From sequence record PQ306574.1: DNA of 64,000 nt; one strand, 5' to 3'. The notes beneath the pieces were generated by a model, which saw nothing but the letters and a program-made list of their open reading frames with translations, did not search any database and had not been told where the DNA came from. Shown here one piece after another: positions 18,684-27,943 of this stretch; positions within the stretch are counted from its first letter, which is position 1, and each line of letters begins with the position of its first letter. The DNA comes from Escherichia phage vB_EcoM_PTE-Eco09. A program made the translations under genes and the position numbers.

Positions 18684-18712
18684 TTGACAGCATATCACGG
18701 GAGTAGTAAGAT
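18684..18712 (+). promoter_or_regulatory. PeSL-type early promoter
   Basis: TTGACA 18684-18689, 17-bp spacer, TAAGAT 18707-18712. Confidence 0.5.
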
Positions 18713-18745
18713 ACTCCCATCCCAAAACAACTAAGGAGTATCAAG

Positions 18746-19144
18746 ATGATTAAATTTCAAACTCGCAAAGACGTTCTGGACTTCGTTAAAGTTTTCGGTT
18801 ACGCTGCATTGCAACATGCAATGGACAAAATGACCATCTCCCCAGATCAGACTATGCTGATCCGTATGGTTAAAGCAACCGCCTACAAAAACGACATTAC
18901 CCTCTCAGAAATCAACGACGGTAATACTGTCCGCGAGGTAATTGTTTCTTTCGAATCACCGAAAATTGGAGGTTTTCATACCACGATGTTAGGTGAAATC
19001 ACTGTCACTGTATACGGGCAAGGTGGCGGAGTGTTTACCGTCAAAGAAGCAATGGAAAACGGAACACTGAACAAAGAAAAACTGGAATTTGTCCTGAAAA
19101 TCATCAATGAGCGTAACGAAGCTCGCGATATTCTGGAAAGTTAA
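18746..19144 (+). CDS. hypothetical protein
   Basis: 132-aa ORF after promoter cassette; followed by terminator. Confidence 0.45.
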   Translation: MIKFQTRKDVLDFVKVFGYAALQHAMDKMTISPDQTMLIRMVKATAYKNDITLSEINDGNTVREVIVSFESPKIGGFHTTMLGEITVTVYGQGGGVFTVKEAMENGTLNKEKLEFVLKIINERNEARDILES

Positions 19145-19150
19145 TAAGGT

Positions 19151-19176
19151 GGGCGGGAGAAATCCCGCCTTTGTTG
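19151..19176 (+). terminator. intrinsic terminator
   Basis: GGCGGGA-GAAA-TCCCGCC hairpin followed by TTTGTTG. Confidence 0.65.
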
Positions 19177-19194
19177 TGACGTGAGGAAAGGATA

Positions 19195-19656
19195 ATGATT
19201 AATGAGCTAATAGAAAACTATGGATTCGTTAAATATTCATGTTTAGAGTGTAAAGATGGTGACGTGATTCTACCGCCTCAGAAGAACCGTTTAAATGTTC
19301 TTTACGCTATTTCGGTTGATGATGAACTGGTATACATTGGTCAGACTGTCAATCTCAGAAAGCGGATCAATTATTAACGGACTAGCATTAACAGACAAAC
19401 ACCAACAGCGGATACTCGCAAGAGTAAGAATATTCATAAGGCGCTAGAGGAAGGTAAGACAGTAACATTCTATTACCGCCAGTGCTTTGAGTTATATATT
19501 GAGAATCCAACGGGTAAAGATATTATAAGCACTGCCGATATCGAAGAACCTGTTTTGATCACCAAATTTAAACCAGAATGGAACACAAATTATGTCAACA
19601 AAAGAAAACAACAAAAAAGTTTTAGCATTGTTCAAAAATCTGATGGCACTATGTGA
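19195..19656 (+). pseudogene. GIY-YIG endonuclease-like ORF interrupted by an in-frame TAA
   Basis: First 60 codons contain LYAIS...LVYIGQT...LRKRINY; TAA at 19375-19377; same frame stays open another 92 codons containing ...EEPVLITKFKPEWN (GIY-YIG C-terminal Glu/Asn region). Confidence 0.45.
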
Positions 19657-20761
19657 CGGATCTGATACGTTCTATTACAAAGATGAAATTACGGCGATGC
19701 AAACCCGTATGCGCATTTTTAGCTATCTGTACTTGAGCAAACCTGAAATGTGGAATAAACCAGATGCGTTAGAGTGTCGCGGGATCATGTTTGAAATTGA
19801 CGATAAAGGTCGTCCGGTCCGCATCGCATCTCGTCCTATGGAGAAGTTTTTTAATTTGGGTGAGAATGATCGCGCTCGCTTTAAGCCGGAAGATGTGGAA
19901 ATGGTCATGGACAAAATGGACGGTAGTCTAGTAAGCACATACATTGATAACGGCTATGTTCAGTTGAAGTCTAAAGCGGCCTTGTACTCAAGCCAGGCAG
20001 AGAGAGCAAACGGTCTTCTGTATTCAGAGAAGTATGCGGATCTACGCGCTAAGATTGCTGATATTGGGTCTGATTATACTTTCAACTTTGAATATACAGC
20101 GCCCAGCAACCGAATTGTTGTAGAATATTCTGAACCGTCGCTAACACTTCTGAATGTACGCCATAACGTCACAGGAGAGTACGTACCGCATCAAATGCTA
20201 TTTTCTGACGCAATCCTACGTCCTCATCTGGTAAATGCGTTACAGGTTGATTCAGCGCGTTTTAGCAATATTCTTGATGAAGTTCGGACCGCAGAAGGTA
20301 TCGAAGGAATTGTTGCACGCACTAAAGACGGTCAAATGTTCAAAGTGAAGAGTGAATGGTATATTGGTGTGCATAACATTAAAAACACATCGATGTTTCC
20401 TAATAACCTGATCTACTATGTCGTAGAAAGCGAAACCGATGATTTGCGTGCTGCATATGAAGGCGAACCGGAAGCACTGGAACGAATCGAGCTATTCGAG
20501 GAAGCATTCAGGTCTATTCTTCGCAATGCCTTCACGACAGCAACAGAATTTTATAACGCACACGCGGGAGAAGACAGAAAGACATATGCATCAAATGCGA
20601 CTATCGAATCACGTAAACATGGTGATGCACAAGCATATATTTTCATGTGTCTGATGATTGCATTTGATGGTCTTGATTATGACCGTATTCTGGATTCAAT
20701 GAAAACTTACTATCTACGGAATTATAAGAAACTTATTCCGGCTGATAAGATTGATTGGTAA
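19592..20761 (+). CDS. rnlA: RNA ligase 1
   Basis: Strong match to recalled T4 Rnl1/gp63 (PDALECRGIMFE, PVRIASRPMEKFFNL, DGSLVSTY, NFE(F/Y), NRIV, LLNVR.N.TGEY, LRP.LV, NIEG.VA, DGS/Q.FK.KS.WY, DRKTYA, FLKNYKK.IP). Confidence 0.9.
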   Translation: MSTKENNKKVLALFKNLMALCDGSDTFYYKDEITAMQTRMRIFSYLYLSKPEMWNKPDALECRGIMFEIDDKGRPVRIASRPMEKFFNLGENDRARFKPEDVEMVMDKMDGSLVSTYIDNGYVQLKSKAALYSSQAERANGLLYSEKYADLRAKIADIGSDYTFNFEYTAPSNRIVVEYSEPSLTLLNVRHNVTGEYVPHQMLFSDAILRPHLVNALQVDSARFSNILDEVRTAEGIEGIVARTKDGQMFKVKSEWYIGVHNIKNTSMFPNNLIYYVVESETDDLRAAYEGEPEALERIELFEEAFRSILRNAFTTATEFYNAHAGEDRKTYASNATIESRKHGDAQAYIFMCLMIAFDGLDYDRILDSMKTYYLRNYKKLIPADKIDW

Positions 20762-20767
20762 TAATAA

Positions 20768-20791
20768 GCGGGGCTAGTTCCCCGCCTTTTG
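20768..20791 (+). terminator. intrinsic terminator
   Basis: GCGGGG-CTAGTT-CCCCGC hairpin followed by CTTTTG. Confidence 0.6.
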
Positions 20792-20805
20792 TCGTTGGGG
20801 GTAAT

Positions 20806-21129
20806 ATGTCAAAGCTGATATACATTGTTATCATCTCTGTGTTGCTAGGGGTAGGTGGTAATATGTGGTGGGAAAATAAAAAGGAGGTAGATCGACTGAA
20901 TCAGGAATTTACAGAGTATAAGAAAAAGACAGATGAAAAGATGAAGGTCGTAGACTCACTACAAAAGGAGATGTACGGAATAAGAACTAAGTTTGCAGAA
21001 GAACAAAACAAAGCAATGAAAGACGCTACACGAGGCTATGTAGTAGCACAAAAACCAAAGTTGGTAGAGAAACAGCTTAATGATTCATTTAAGGAGTTTA
21101 CCGAAGAATTAAAGGAGGCTACTAAATGA
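20806..21129 (+). CDS. hypothetical membrane/coiled-coil protein
   Basis: N-terminal hydrophobic segment (LIYIVIISVLLGVGGNMWW) then charged coiled-coil-like region. Confidence 0.4.
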   Translation: MSKLIYIVIISVLLGVGGNMWWENKKEVDRLNQEFTEYKKKTDEKMKVVDSLQKEMYGIRTKFAEEQNKAMKDATRGYVVAQKPKLVEKQLNDSFKEFTEELKEATK

Positions 21130-21578
21130 GCATAGAAATATTGCCTACACAAGAGCAGATAAGCAATTTTAATCTGGTTGATTATCTGTGGATAGGTGCA
21201 AGCATTATTATCCTGATGGTGTTTTCAATTTTCGTGATACACTGGATGTTTAAGAAAGCACATAAGAATTTTCAGACCTCCATAATCCATGTCTTCGCTT
21301 TGCCTATTGTATTTGCGCTTTCTTCGTGTACAATGGACCATTATTCACAGGAACCGAAAGTACATCCTCCACTACCAGCACCAATAGAAAAAGTTGACAT
21401 TGACCTGAAAGTGGATACAATAGACGGTAAACCTAGAGTTTCTATGTCGTGGGAGGACTCCCAAAAATTCAGAGTCTGGCTTGCGGATATTAAGAGATAT
21501 ACACTTGAAAGTAAGTTGATCATGTGTTATTATCGAAAAGAACTTAATGAGGAACGGTGCAAACCGAAGGAGAAATAA
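21126..21578 (+). CDS. hypothetical membrane protein
   Basis: 150-aa ORF with hydrophobic helices near N-terminus; start overlaps upstream stop. Confidence 0.4.
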   Translation: MSIEILPTQEQISNFNLVDYLWIGASIIILMVFSIFVIHWMFKKAHKNFQTSIIHVFALPIVFALSSCTMDHYSQEPKVHPPLPAPIEKVDIDLKVDTIDGKPRVSMSWEDSQKFRVWLADIKRYTLESKLIMCYYRKELNEERCKPKEK

Positions 21579-22456
21579 TGCCGAAATGTGAAGTGATTTT
21601 AACCGTTGGTTGTTCTGGGTCCGGTAAAACTACATGGGCGATGGAAACATGTAAACGGTTTAGTAATTATCGTAATGTGAATCGTGATGATCTTCGTCTT
21701 ATGTTGTTTGGTGTTGACTCACATTTGAAATACAAGTATACTAAGGAAAAAGAAAAGCTGGTAGAGTCTATTCAGAGAATGATTGCTCGTGAGACTCTAT
21801 CACGCGGATTGAGTATCATTATCTCCGATACCAACCTGAAAGAAAAACATCGTGTATTCTACAAAGAACTTGCAAAAGAATTTAACGCGGTGTATACTGA
21901 ACAAGTGTTCAATGAATCATTTGAGACACTAAAGAAACGTAATTTCTATCGCGGTGAGAAAGCAATTCCACTTTCTCATTTGCGCAACCAATTTTATCTG
22001 ATGCAGGAATATATGGGTCAAGAAGTATACAAACCGAATACCATGCTGCCAAAGGCAGTGATCTTTGATATTGATGGGACATTAGCGGATAAGGGCGGTC
22101 GTCATCCGTTTGACTGGACAAAGGTCAAAGAAGATAAACCTCGTCCGCAAGTGGTCGAAATGCTTAAACTGTATCGTGATAATGGTTATCGTATCATTAC
22201 ATGCTCAGGGCGTGAGGATGTTTGCGAAGAAGATACTCTGCAATGGTTGCGTGAACAGGGTATTGAACCGAGTGATCACTTTCAACGTGAAACTAATGAT
22301 CGTCGTCCTGATCATGAAGTGAAGAAAGAGATCTTCTTCTCTGAAATTGCACCGCGTTATCATGTTGTTTTGGCGGTAGATGACCGTGATCAAGTGGTTG
22401 ACATGTATCGCTCAATTGGTGTAGAATGTTTTCAGGTTAACTACGGAGACTTTTAA
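21578..22456 (+). CDS. pseT: polynucleotide 5'-kinase / 3'-phosphatase
   Basis: P-loop GCSGSGKTTWA, NRDD, SDTNL, AVPL..LR.Q, HAD-type AVIFDIDGTLA, VVEM, VSGRE, VKKEIF, AVDDRDQVVDMYRSIGVECFQV...GDF match recalled T4 Pnk. Confidence 0.9.
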   Translation: MPKCEVILTVGCSGSGKTTWAMETCKRFSNYRNVNRDDLRLMLFGVDSHLKYKYTKEKEKLVESIQRMIARETLSRGLSIIISDTNLKEKHRVFYKELAKEFNAVYTEQVFNESFETLKKRNFYRGEKAIPLSHLRNQFYLMQEYMGQEVYKPNTMLPKAVIFDIDGTLADKGGRHPFDWTKVKEDKPRPQVVEMLKLYRDNGYRIITCSGREDVCEEDTLQWLREQGIEPSDHFQRETNDRRPDHEVKKEIFFSEIAPRYHVVLAVDDRDQVVDMYRSIGVECFQVNYGDF

Positions 22457-22659
22457 TGTTTACCGATAAACTCAAGCAATTAGGCGAAGCACTTGCTAAA
22501 CGTGGTTTTAGTGTTGATATTGAACCAGCGCCAGTTATGCCGTTTAGCGATGAACGTCGCAGTGTATATGTCATCATGAGAAATAATCATGGTGTGAATA
22601 CATTCAATGTAAAACAGTATAGCGACGGATCAGTAGAATACTTTCGCGTATACGGTTAA
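22456..22659 (+). CDS. hypothetical protein
   Basis: 67-aa ORF, start overlaps pseT stop. Confidence 0.35.
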   Translation: MFTDKLKQLGEALAKRGFSVDIEPAPVMPFSDERRSVYVIMRNNHGVNTFNVKQYSDGSVEYFRVYG

Positions 22660-22680
22660 TTAATATGTGAGGATTATATT

Positions 22681-23187
22681 ATGTTGTCACAAACTTACAT
22701 GCAGATCGCCTATCTGATCGCAAAGAACTCTAAATGTGTTTCGTGGAAGGTAGGCGCACTGATCGAAAAAGACGGGCGAATCATTTCTACTGGATTTAAC
22801 GGAACTCCAGCAGGGCAAGTAAATTGTAGCTGTCATGCACATAAAAACGGTTGGCTGGATGATGACGGCAAAATGATCCCAGAAAAACGACCAGAGCATA
22901 GTGCATGGTCACAGAAAAACGAGATCCACGCTGAATTAAATGCTATTTTGTTTGCTGCCCGTAGCGGTGTATCGATTGAAGGCGCTAGTATGTGGTGTAC
23001 TGCTTCACCGTGTCCAGATTGCGCTAAAGCAATTGCAAACAGTGGAATTAAATATCTATACTATTGCGACACATATGATCGAAATGGTGGGCGTGATTGG
23101 GCTGATATTCTGAATAATGCAGATATTACAATCACGCGTATTCCAAAAGCATTATTGACTGATTTGAAGGGTATTGATAATGACTGA
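22681..23187 (+). CDS. cd: dCMP deaminase
   Basis: CCSWKVGA.IEK.GRIISTG(Y/F)NG.PAG, SEWS.KNEIHAELNAILFAAR.G.SIEGA.M, SPCPDCAKAIA.SGIK match recalled T4 Cd and cytidine/dCMP deaminase zinc motifs. Confidence 0.9.
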   Translation: MLSQTYMQIAYLIAKNSKCVSWKVGALIEKDGRIISTGFNGTPAGQVNCSCHAHKNGWLDDDGKMIPEKRPEHSAWSQKNEIHAELNAILFAARSGVSIEGASMWCTASPCPDCAKAIANSGIKYLYYCDTYDRNGGRDWADILNNADITITRIPKALLTDLKGIDND

Positions 23188-23494
23188 ACAAGTTGATAAT
23201 ATCGCACTTCGTGAAGCACTAAAGAAAATGTTTTCGGTCGGTACTCACTCTTTTCAGTTTACTAAGAAAGATGGTACTGTCCGTGAGATGATCGCCACGC
23301 GAGATCCGGCACTGATGCCGTTTGAAACATACGAAAAGTGGTTAGTTCCGAATGTTGAAAAACCGCGTAAAGAATCAGAAACATCTTTGCCAGTATATGA
23401 AATTGCAGTTGAAGGTTTCCGTAGTTTTGGGCTTGATAGTCTGATTAATGTAGACGGGCTGACTCCAGCGCAGATCGTCGAAATTTATAAATAA
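23174..23494 (+). CDS. hypothetical protein
   Basis: 106-aa ORF overlapping cd stop. Confidence 0.4.
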   Translation: MIMTEQVDNIALREALKKMFSVGTHSFQFTKKDGTVREMIATRDPALMPFETYEKWLVPNVEKPRKESETSLPVYEIAVEGFRSFGLDSLINVDGLTPAQIVEIYK

Positions 23495-23535
23495 TTCATC
23501 ATTAAACTGTATTGATTTGAAGAGGTAATAAAATT

Positions 23536-23859
23536 ATGACCGTTAAAACTCCTAAAGCACTTGGTGACTATGTGATCATTGAAGCTAAAGCAGAAAGCGC
23601 AGGGACAGAAGTAAAAAGCTCTATGGGGATCATTATTGAGCAAAAGCGCACTATGGGCGAGATTCCGCTGGTAGGTAAGATTATTGATATCGGTGAAACG
23701 GTAGATAAAGAATTGCTGGGTAAAACTGTTTTACTGCCACATGGCAAGATGAATAAAGTTCCTCATCCAGACGTTATTAACGGCGTTAAGAAGGAAGAAG
23801 AGATCGACCTGAAATGGACTGTAACACACAAACAGAATATTGTGGTAGTTTACGGTTAA
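23536..23859 (+). CDS. 31: head assembly co-chaperonin (gp31-like)
   Basis: 107-aa ORF; GDYVIIEAK...GIII..K...GEIP..GKII..G..V and KVPHPD resemble recalled T4 gp31; position after cd. Confidence 0.7.
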   Translation: MTVKTPKALGDYVIIEAKAESAGTEVKSSMGIIIEQKRTMGEIPLVGKIIDIGETVDKELLGKTVLLPHGKMNKVPHPDVINGVKKEEEIDLKWTVTHKQNIVVVYG

Positions 23860-23870
23860 TGATTTTAAAC

Positions 23871-23899
23871 GGCGGGAAATAATCCCGCCTATATTTTGG
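23871..23899 (+). terminator. intrinsic terminator
   Basis: GGCGGGA-AATAA-TCCCGCC hairpin followed by T-rich tract. Confidence 0.6.
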
Positions 23900-23940
23900 C
23901 TATATGATTTTGTAAGTTATTGATTATTAAGGAATTTTAT

Positions 23941-24108
23941 TATGAAAACTATGAATGTAAACATCCACGAAATCCATACCGAAGTATTCACCGAAGAAGA
24001 CCAGTTTGGTGTATGGGTAAATCCTCATTCGATTACTATCGATATTCCTAATGACGATTATGATCCGTTCTCTCTGATTAGCGAGATTAGTTTTAATGAC
24101 TTCTGAAA
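23941..24108 (+). CDS. hypothetical small acidic protein
   Basis: 55-aa ORF with SD; overlaps start of next gene. Confidence 0.25.
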
Positions 24109-24575
24109 TTGATATCTATGCGGGTGGACCTTATCCATCGGGTGAATTGAGTAATTTCAATAAAAGACCATTCCGTCTATTTGGTTGCGATATTAACAGC
24201 ACAGAAGGATTTTTACAGGGGCTAAGATTTAAGAACCCTCAGAGACAAAGAGAAATCTTTTTGATGCACGGTGGCAAAGCAAAAAGAACCGGAAGAACTG
24301 AAAAGATTGAGAATCACCTGTTATATTTTCAGGGTCGCCAGATTCATCGAATGAGTGAGCATTATTACAGACTGGTACATCTGGCATTTGTTACGATGGC
24401 ACGGAATAACCCAGAATTTTGTAAAGCATTACTCGCTACCGGAAATAAGAAATTACGTCATAGTATAGGTGGAACTGATCCGTTAAAGACTATATTGACT
24501 GAATCGGAATTTTGTAGTATCCTCAATGATATTCGTGAACGTTTAACAAAACGAGGTGAAAATGTCAATTCTTAA
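24096..24575 (+). CDS. NADAR-domain protein (YbiA-like)
   Basis: GGPYPSGELSNFNKRPF...STEGFLQGLRF...MHGGKAKRTGR...CKALLATGNKKLRHSIGG resembles NADAR/YbiA signature blocks (SNF, SEHYFQAxKF, LLAT). Confidence 0.6.
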   Translation: MTSEIDIYAGGPYPSGELSNFNKRPFRLFGCDINSTEGFLQGLRFKNPQRQREIFLMHGGKAKRTGRTEKIENHLLYFQGRQIHRMSEHYYRLVHLAFVTMARNNPEFCKALLATGNKKLRHSIGGTDPLKTILTESEFCSILNDIRERLTKRGENVNS

Positions 24576-26058
24576 TATCATTAATCAGCTTGCAGCAACA
24601 GACAAAACATCGCTGAAAGAAAAGATTCTGAAAGAATCAGCAAGCAATGAAACGCTGAAAGAATGCTTTTATCTGGCATATTGCAAACAGGTTACGTTTG
24701 GCGTAAAGAAATACGATAAACCGTCTCGCTATTCGTCTGTATTGTCTTTATCCGGTGCATTACAGGTCTTTAAAAATAAACTTGCCACGCGTCAAGTAAC
24801 TGGTAATGCAGCATTACAACTAGTTACCGATACTCTGACTTGCTTGTCAGAGGATGATGCTAAAGTTGCAATGATGGTCCTGAATCGTGATCTGGAATGC
24901 GGCTGTTCCGCTACCACTGCAAACAAGGTATGGAAGAAACTGATCCCCCAGCAACCGTGCCACCTTGCATCGTCATGTTCTGATAAGACTATTGCTAATA
25001 TCAAGTATCCGGCGTATGCACAACTTAAAAGCGATGGCGCTCGTGGTATGGCTGATATTGACGGGGAAACATTAGCAATCTATACCCGCTCAGGTAATAC
25101 CTATCAAGGGCTTGATGATTTGTTTGCGGTTTTAGAGCGTCTACGAGGCCGTGGAATTGTTCTAGATGGCGAATTGGTATATATGCCTACCCTTTCGCAA
25201 ACACCAGCGCAGAACTTCGTTGAAAGCGTTTATGATGGTACTCTGTCATGGATATTTGAAGAAGAGGAAATGCCATTAACGCCAGTAGCGGAAGCAGTGA
25301 AAGAATCCGTTGTTGCAGATCGTCAGACCGGAAATGGTATCCTCAACAAATCACTTAAAGGAACTATTCCAAAAGAAGAAGCCCAATGTATTGTTTACAC
25401 TGTCTGGGATGTTATCGACCGTGATGTGTATTACGGAAACGAGAAAGCAACGAAGCAATATAAAGATCGATTCGAAGAACTAAAACAGATTGTTGAAGAA
25501 CTTAACGATCCTCGTGTTCAGATCATCGAAAACACTGTAGTTAACAATATCGATGAAGCTCGCGAAGTATATCATCGTTATGTCAACATGGGCTTAGAAG
25601 GTATTATCCTTAAAAATTTACATGGTGTATTTGAAGATCGCCGTAGTAAAGATCAGGTTAAATTTAAAGAAGTGATTGACTTCGACGCGGAAATTGTTGA
25701 TGTATATCCGCATAGTAAAGACCCCAATAAGGTAGGCGGTTTTACTGTCCGTAGTGCGTGCGGACGAATGATGACTAACACCGGATCGGGATTAACCGAC
25801 ACTACAACCGAAAAAGGTGATGATGGTATCGAACGTGTAATTCCGTTCGATCGTCGAAATGAACTCGACCGAGAAATGTTATGGGCTGACCGTCATAACC
25901 TGATTGGAAAAGTCATTGAGATGACATGCAACGGGTATATCCGCAGCAAATCACGTAAAGAAGATGAACCGGAGTTCTCTTTATTTCTCCCAATCATCAA
26001 ACGTATTCGCTACGACAAGACCACTGCAAATACAGTAAAAGAGGTATTCGATGTGTGA
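24562..26058 (+). CDS. 30: ATP-dependent DNA ligase
   Basis: Long matches to recalled T4 ligase (LTGNAA, RDLECG, ANKVW..LIP.QP..LASS, PAYAQLKADGAR, GIVLDGELVY, ASNGI.NKSLKGTI.KEEAQC, IENQVVNN.DEA, GLEGIILKN, RSK..FKEVID.D..IV..YPH.KDP.K.GGF, GSGL, LFLPI..R.R.DKT.ANT). Confidence 0.9.
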   Translation: MSILNIINQLAATDKTSLKEKILKESASNETLKECFYLAYCKQVTFGVKKYDKPSRYSSVLSLSGALQVFKNKLATRQVTGNAALQLVTDTLTCLSEDDAKVAMMVLNRDLECGCSATTANKVWKKLIPQQPCHLASSCSDKTIANIKYPAYAQLKSDGARGMADIDGETLAIYTRSGNTYQGLDDLFAVLERLRGRGIVLDGELVYMPTLSQTPAQNFVESVYDGTLSWIFEEEEMPLTPVAEAVKESVVADRQTGNGILNKSLKGTIPKEEAQCIVYTVWDVIDRDVYYGNEKATKQYKDRFEELKQIVEELNDPRVQIIENTVVNNIDEAREVYHRYVNMGLEGIILKNLHGVFEDRRSKDQVKFKEVIDFDAEIVDVYPHSKDPNKVGGFTVRSACGRMMTNTGSGLTDTTTEKGDDGIERVIPFDRRNELDREMLWADRHNLIGKVIEMTCNGYIRSKSRKEDEPEFSLFLPIIKRIRYDKTTANTVKEVFDV

Positions 26059-26527
26059 TAATGAAGGGGCGAAAGCCCCTAAACCTAAAAAATTGTCAAA
26101 GAAAGAGCAACGCCAGATCCTGAAAATGAAATATGGTGGACGTTGTGCCTATTGTGGCGAGGAACTAGGGGATCGCTGGCACGCGGACCACATCAAACCA
26201 GTATTGCGACGCTCAAAGGTAGTCTATGATGAAAATGGACGAATTGCCCGTAATGATGATGGATCATGGAAATATAAGGTTGTAGGAATGCATAAACCGG
26301 AGCATGATATACTTGATAACATGAATCCGGCGTGTGTGCAATGCAATCTTTATAAAAGCTGTATGGGCTTAGAATACTGGCGTAAGTGTATACGCGAGAA
26401 CTTCCAGAAGTACATTCAGCGCAATATGGGATTGCGAGCGGCTAAACGCTTTGGCTTGCTGTCAATCCACGACCAGCCAGTAGAATTTTATTTCGAAAAG
26501 TACGATCGCGAGCATCAAGAAAAATAA
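26051..26527 (+). CDS. HNH endonuclease
   Basis: Cys pairs and HNH core: CAYCG...WHADHIKP...N...CVQCN. Confidence 0.65.
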   Translation: MCDNEGAKAPKPKKLSKKEQRQILKMKYGGRCAYCGEELGDRWHADHIKPVLRRSKVVYDENGRIARNDDGSWKYKVVGMHKPEHDILDNMNPACVQCNLYKSCMGLEYWRKCIRENFQKYIQRNMGLRAAKRFGLLSIHDQPVEFYFEKYDREHQEK

Positions 26528-26539
26528 TTCAAAAAGTTG

Positions 26540-26568
26540 TTGACAGGGGATCGGTGATCCCCTATACT
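26540..26568 (+). promoter_or_regulatory. PeSL-type early promoter
   Basis: TTGACA, spacer GGGGATCGGTGATCCCC (perfect palindrome), TATACT, leader ACACACATCAAAACGAAACA, SD GGAGAATCAAAA. Confidence 0.6.
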
Positions 26569-26613
26569 ACACACATCAAAACGAAACACACTTTCTTAAA
26601 CGGAGAATCAAAA

Positions 26614-26925
26614 ATGAAATACATCGTAACGCTGCCAATGATTGACTTCGACGGAACCATGAACACCCAGAAGACCATGAGCGCGGAGAACCAACTGAAA
26701 AACGCTACCCTGATTCGTGAAGTTCGCAAGGCACTGGCAAAAGAATTTAACACCAAAATTCATTCTGTAACTGGCGAACGTTTCGCGGATCATCTTGATA
26801 TCAACATCAAACCAGTGCGCAACGGTGTTATCTCTGTAACAACCAGCCGCCCACATGCTGACGCTGATAATCTGACCGCTCGCGCAGAAGATGTAATTAT
26901 GACCGTTATCATGGAAAAACTTTAA
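26614..26925 (+). CDS. hypothetical protein
   Basis: 103-aa ORF after PeSL cassette. Confidence 0.45.
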   Translation: MKYIVTLPMIDFDGTMNTQKTMSAENQLKNATLIREVRKALAKEFNTKIHSVTGERFADHLDINIKPVRNGVISVTTSRPHADADNLTARAEDVIMTVIMEKL

Positions 26926-26933
26926 AAAAGTTG

Positions 26934-26962
26934 TTGACAGGGGATCACCGATCCCCTATACT
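26934..26962 (+). promoter_or_regulatory. PeSL-type early promoter
   Basis: TTGACA, spacer GGGGATCACCGATCCCC, TATACT. Confidence 0.6.
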
Positions 26963-26996
26963 ACACACATACCAACGAGATATAGGAGAATCAAAA

Positions 26997-27164
26997 ATGT
27001 TCCAGACTAAAGCAGAATGCGAAGCATACATTGTAGCAAACCACGGCGAAGATTATCTGAAATTTGACATTGTAGTAGCACAGAAGATCACCGGAATGGT
27101 TGCAAAATATCTGGGTGTTAAAGAAGGTTACTATCCGAGCAACGCACCGGAAATCAACAAATAA
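26997..27164 (+). CDS. hypothetical small protein (duplicated family, copy 1)
   Basis: MFQTKAECEAYIVANHGEDYLKFDIVVAQKITGMVAKYLGVKEGYYPSNAPEINK; near-identical copy at 30281. Confidence 0.5.
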   Translation: MFQTKAECEAYIVANHGEDYLKFDIVVAQKITGMVAKYLGVKEGYYPSNAPEINK

Positions 27165-27167
27165 TAG

Positions 27168-27196
27168 TTGACAATGATTAAAGGGAGTAGTAAGAT
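27168..27196 (+). promoter_or_regulatory. PeSL-type early promoter
   Basis: TTGACA 27168-27173, 17-bp spacer, TAAGAT, leader ACTCCCATCAAGACAACAAAC, SD GGAGAATCAAA. Confidence 0.5.
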
Positions 27197-27228
27197 ACTC
27201 CCATCAAGACAACAAACGGAGAATCAAA

Positions 27229-27408
27229 ATGAAAGCTATCGAAGTTCAGAAGTACATGGAAATCATCGTTGAAGGTAAAGCACATACAGTATTGACTACC
27301 CACGTAGGATATGATAAAAATGTGCATATGCTGGTAGACAATATCGGCTGGATGAAGTTTAATCCTAACGAGAACGTACAAGCTCAAGAAATGACCATCC
27401 CTTTCTAA
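27229..27408 (+). CDS. hypothetical small protein
   Basis: 59-aa ORF (MKAIEVQKYMEIIVEGKAHTVLTTHVGYDKNVHMLVDNIGWMKF...) after cassette. Confidence 0.4.
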   Translation: MKAIEVQKYMEIIVEGKAHTVLTTHVGYDKNVHMLVDNIGWMKFNPNENVQAQEMTIPF

Positions 27409-27420
27409 GAGGAATATATT

Positions 27421-27699
27421 ATGATGCGAATTACTGCAACGCTGGATAAGACACACAAAGAAAGATTTTTCGGTATGATCTTAAAAACGCCGATTTTCGA
27501 TAATTACCTTTATGTTGACTATGAAGGTCACATTAGCTATAAATGTAAAAATGATATTCGTGATTCCTTTGGTGATAAATCACAATCTGATATTCATGAC
27601 CACTGGTGGAACCATGACGAACCTTTACGAGTTATCGCAGTTGATGTAAAAACAACAAAAGAAGCTGATAAGGTAGTGAATGATTATGAGCAAATTTAA
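27421..27699 (+). CDS. hypothetical protein, HxxHW-motif family member 1
   Basis: 92 aa; shares YLYVDYEG...IxY, HDHWW and VIAVDV blocks with ORFs at 28123, 28446 and 29147. Confidence 0.45.
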   Translation: MMRITATLDKTHKERFFGMILKTPIFDNYLYVDYEGHISYKCKNDIRDSFGDKSQSDIHDHWWNHDEPLRVIAVDVKTTKEADKVVNDYEQI

Positions 27700-27943
27700 A
27701 GAATACAAAGCATATCAACAGATCCTGCGAGTATACGCACCAGAGTTCGCCGAAAAGATGATGGAAGATGCATCAAAATGCCCGTCCTTTTCTGGAAACA
27801 AAAACCATTATTCTACTCGTATTGTATCATGGAAAGAAACATGCTACACTCAACAGTGGATAAACGTTTTCTCAAAAACAATTGGTTGGAATGGTGTTAA
27901 TTATGGGTATTCAGAGTCAATTCAAAGATTATCGAGTGTATAA
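27680..27943 (+). CDS. hypothetical protein (FKxY...ADKMMxEASxCxSF family, copy 1)
   Basis: 87 aa; paralogous to following ORF. Confidence 0.4.
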   Translation: MIMSKFKEYKAYQQILRVYAPEFAEKMMEDASKCPSFSGNKNHYSTRIVSWKETCYTQQWINVFSKTIGWNGVNYGYSESIQRLSSV

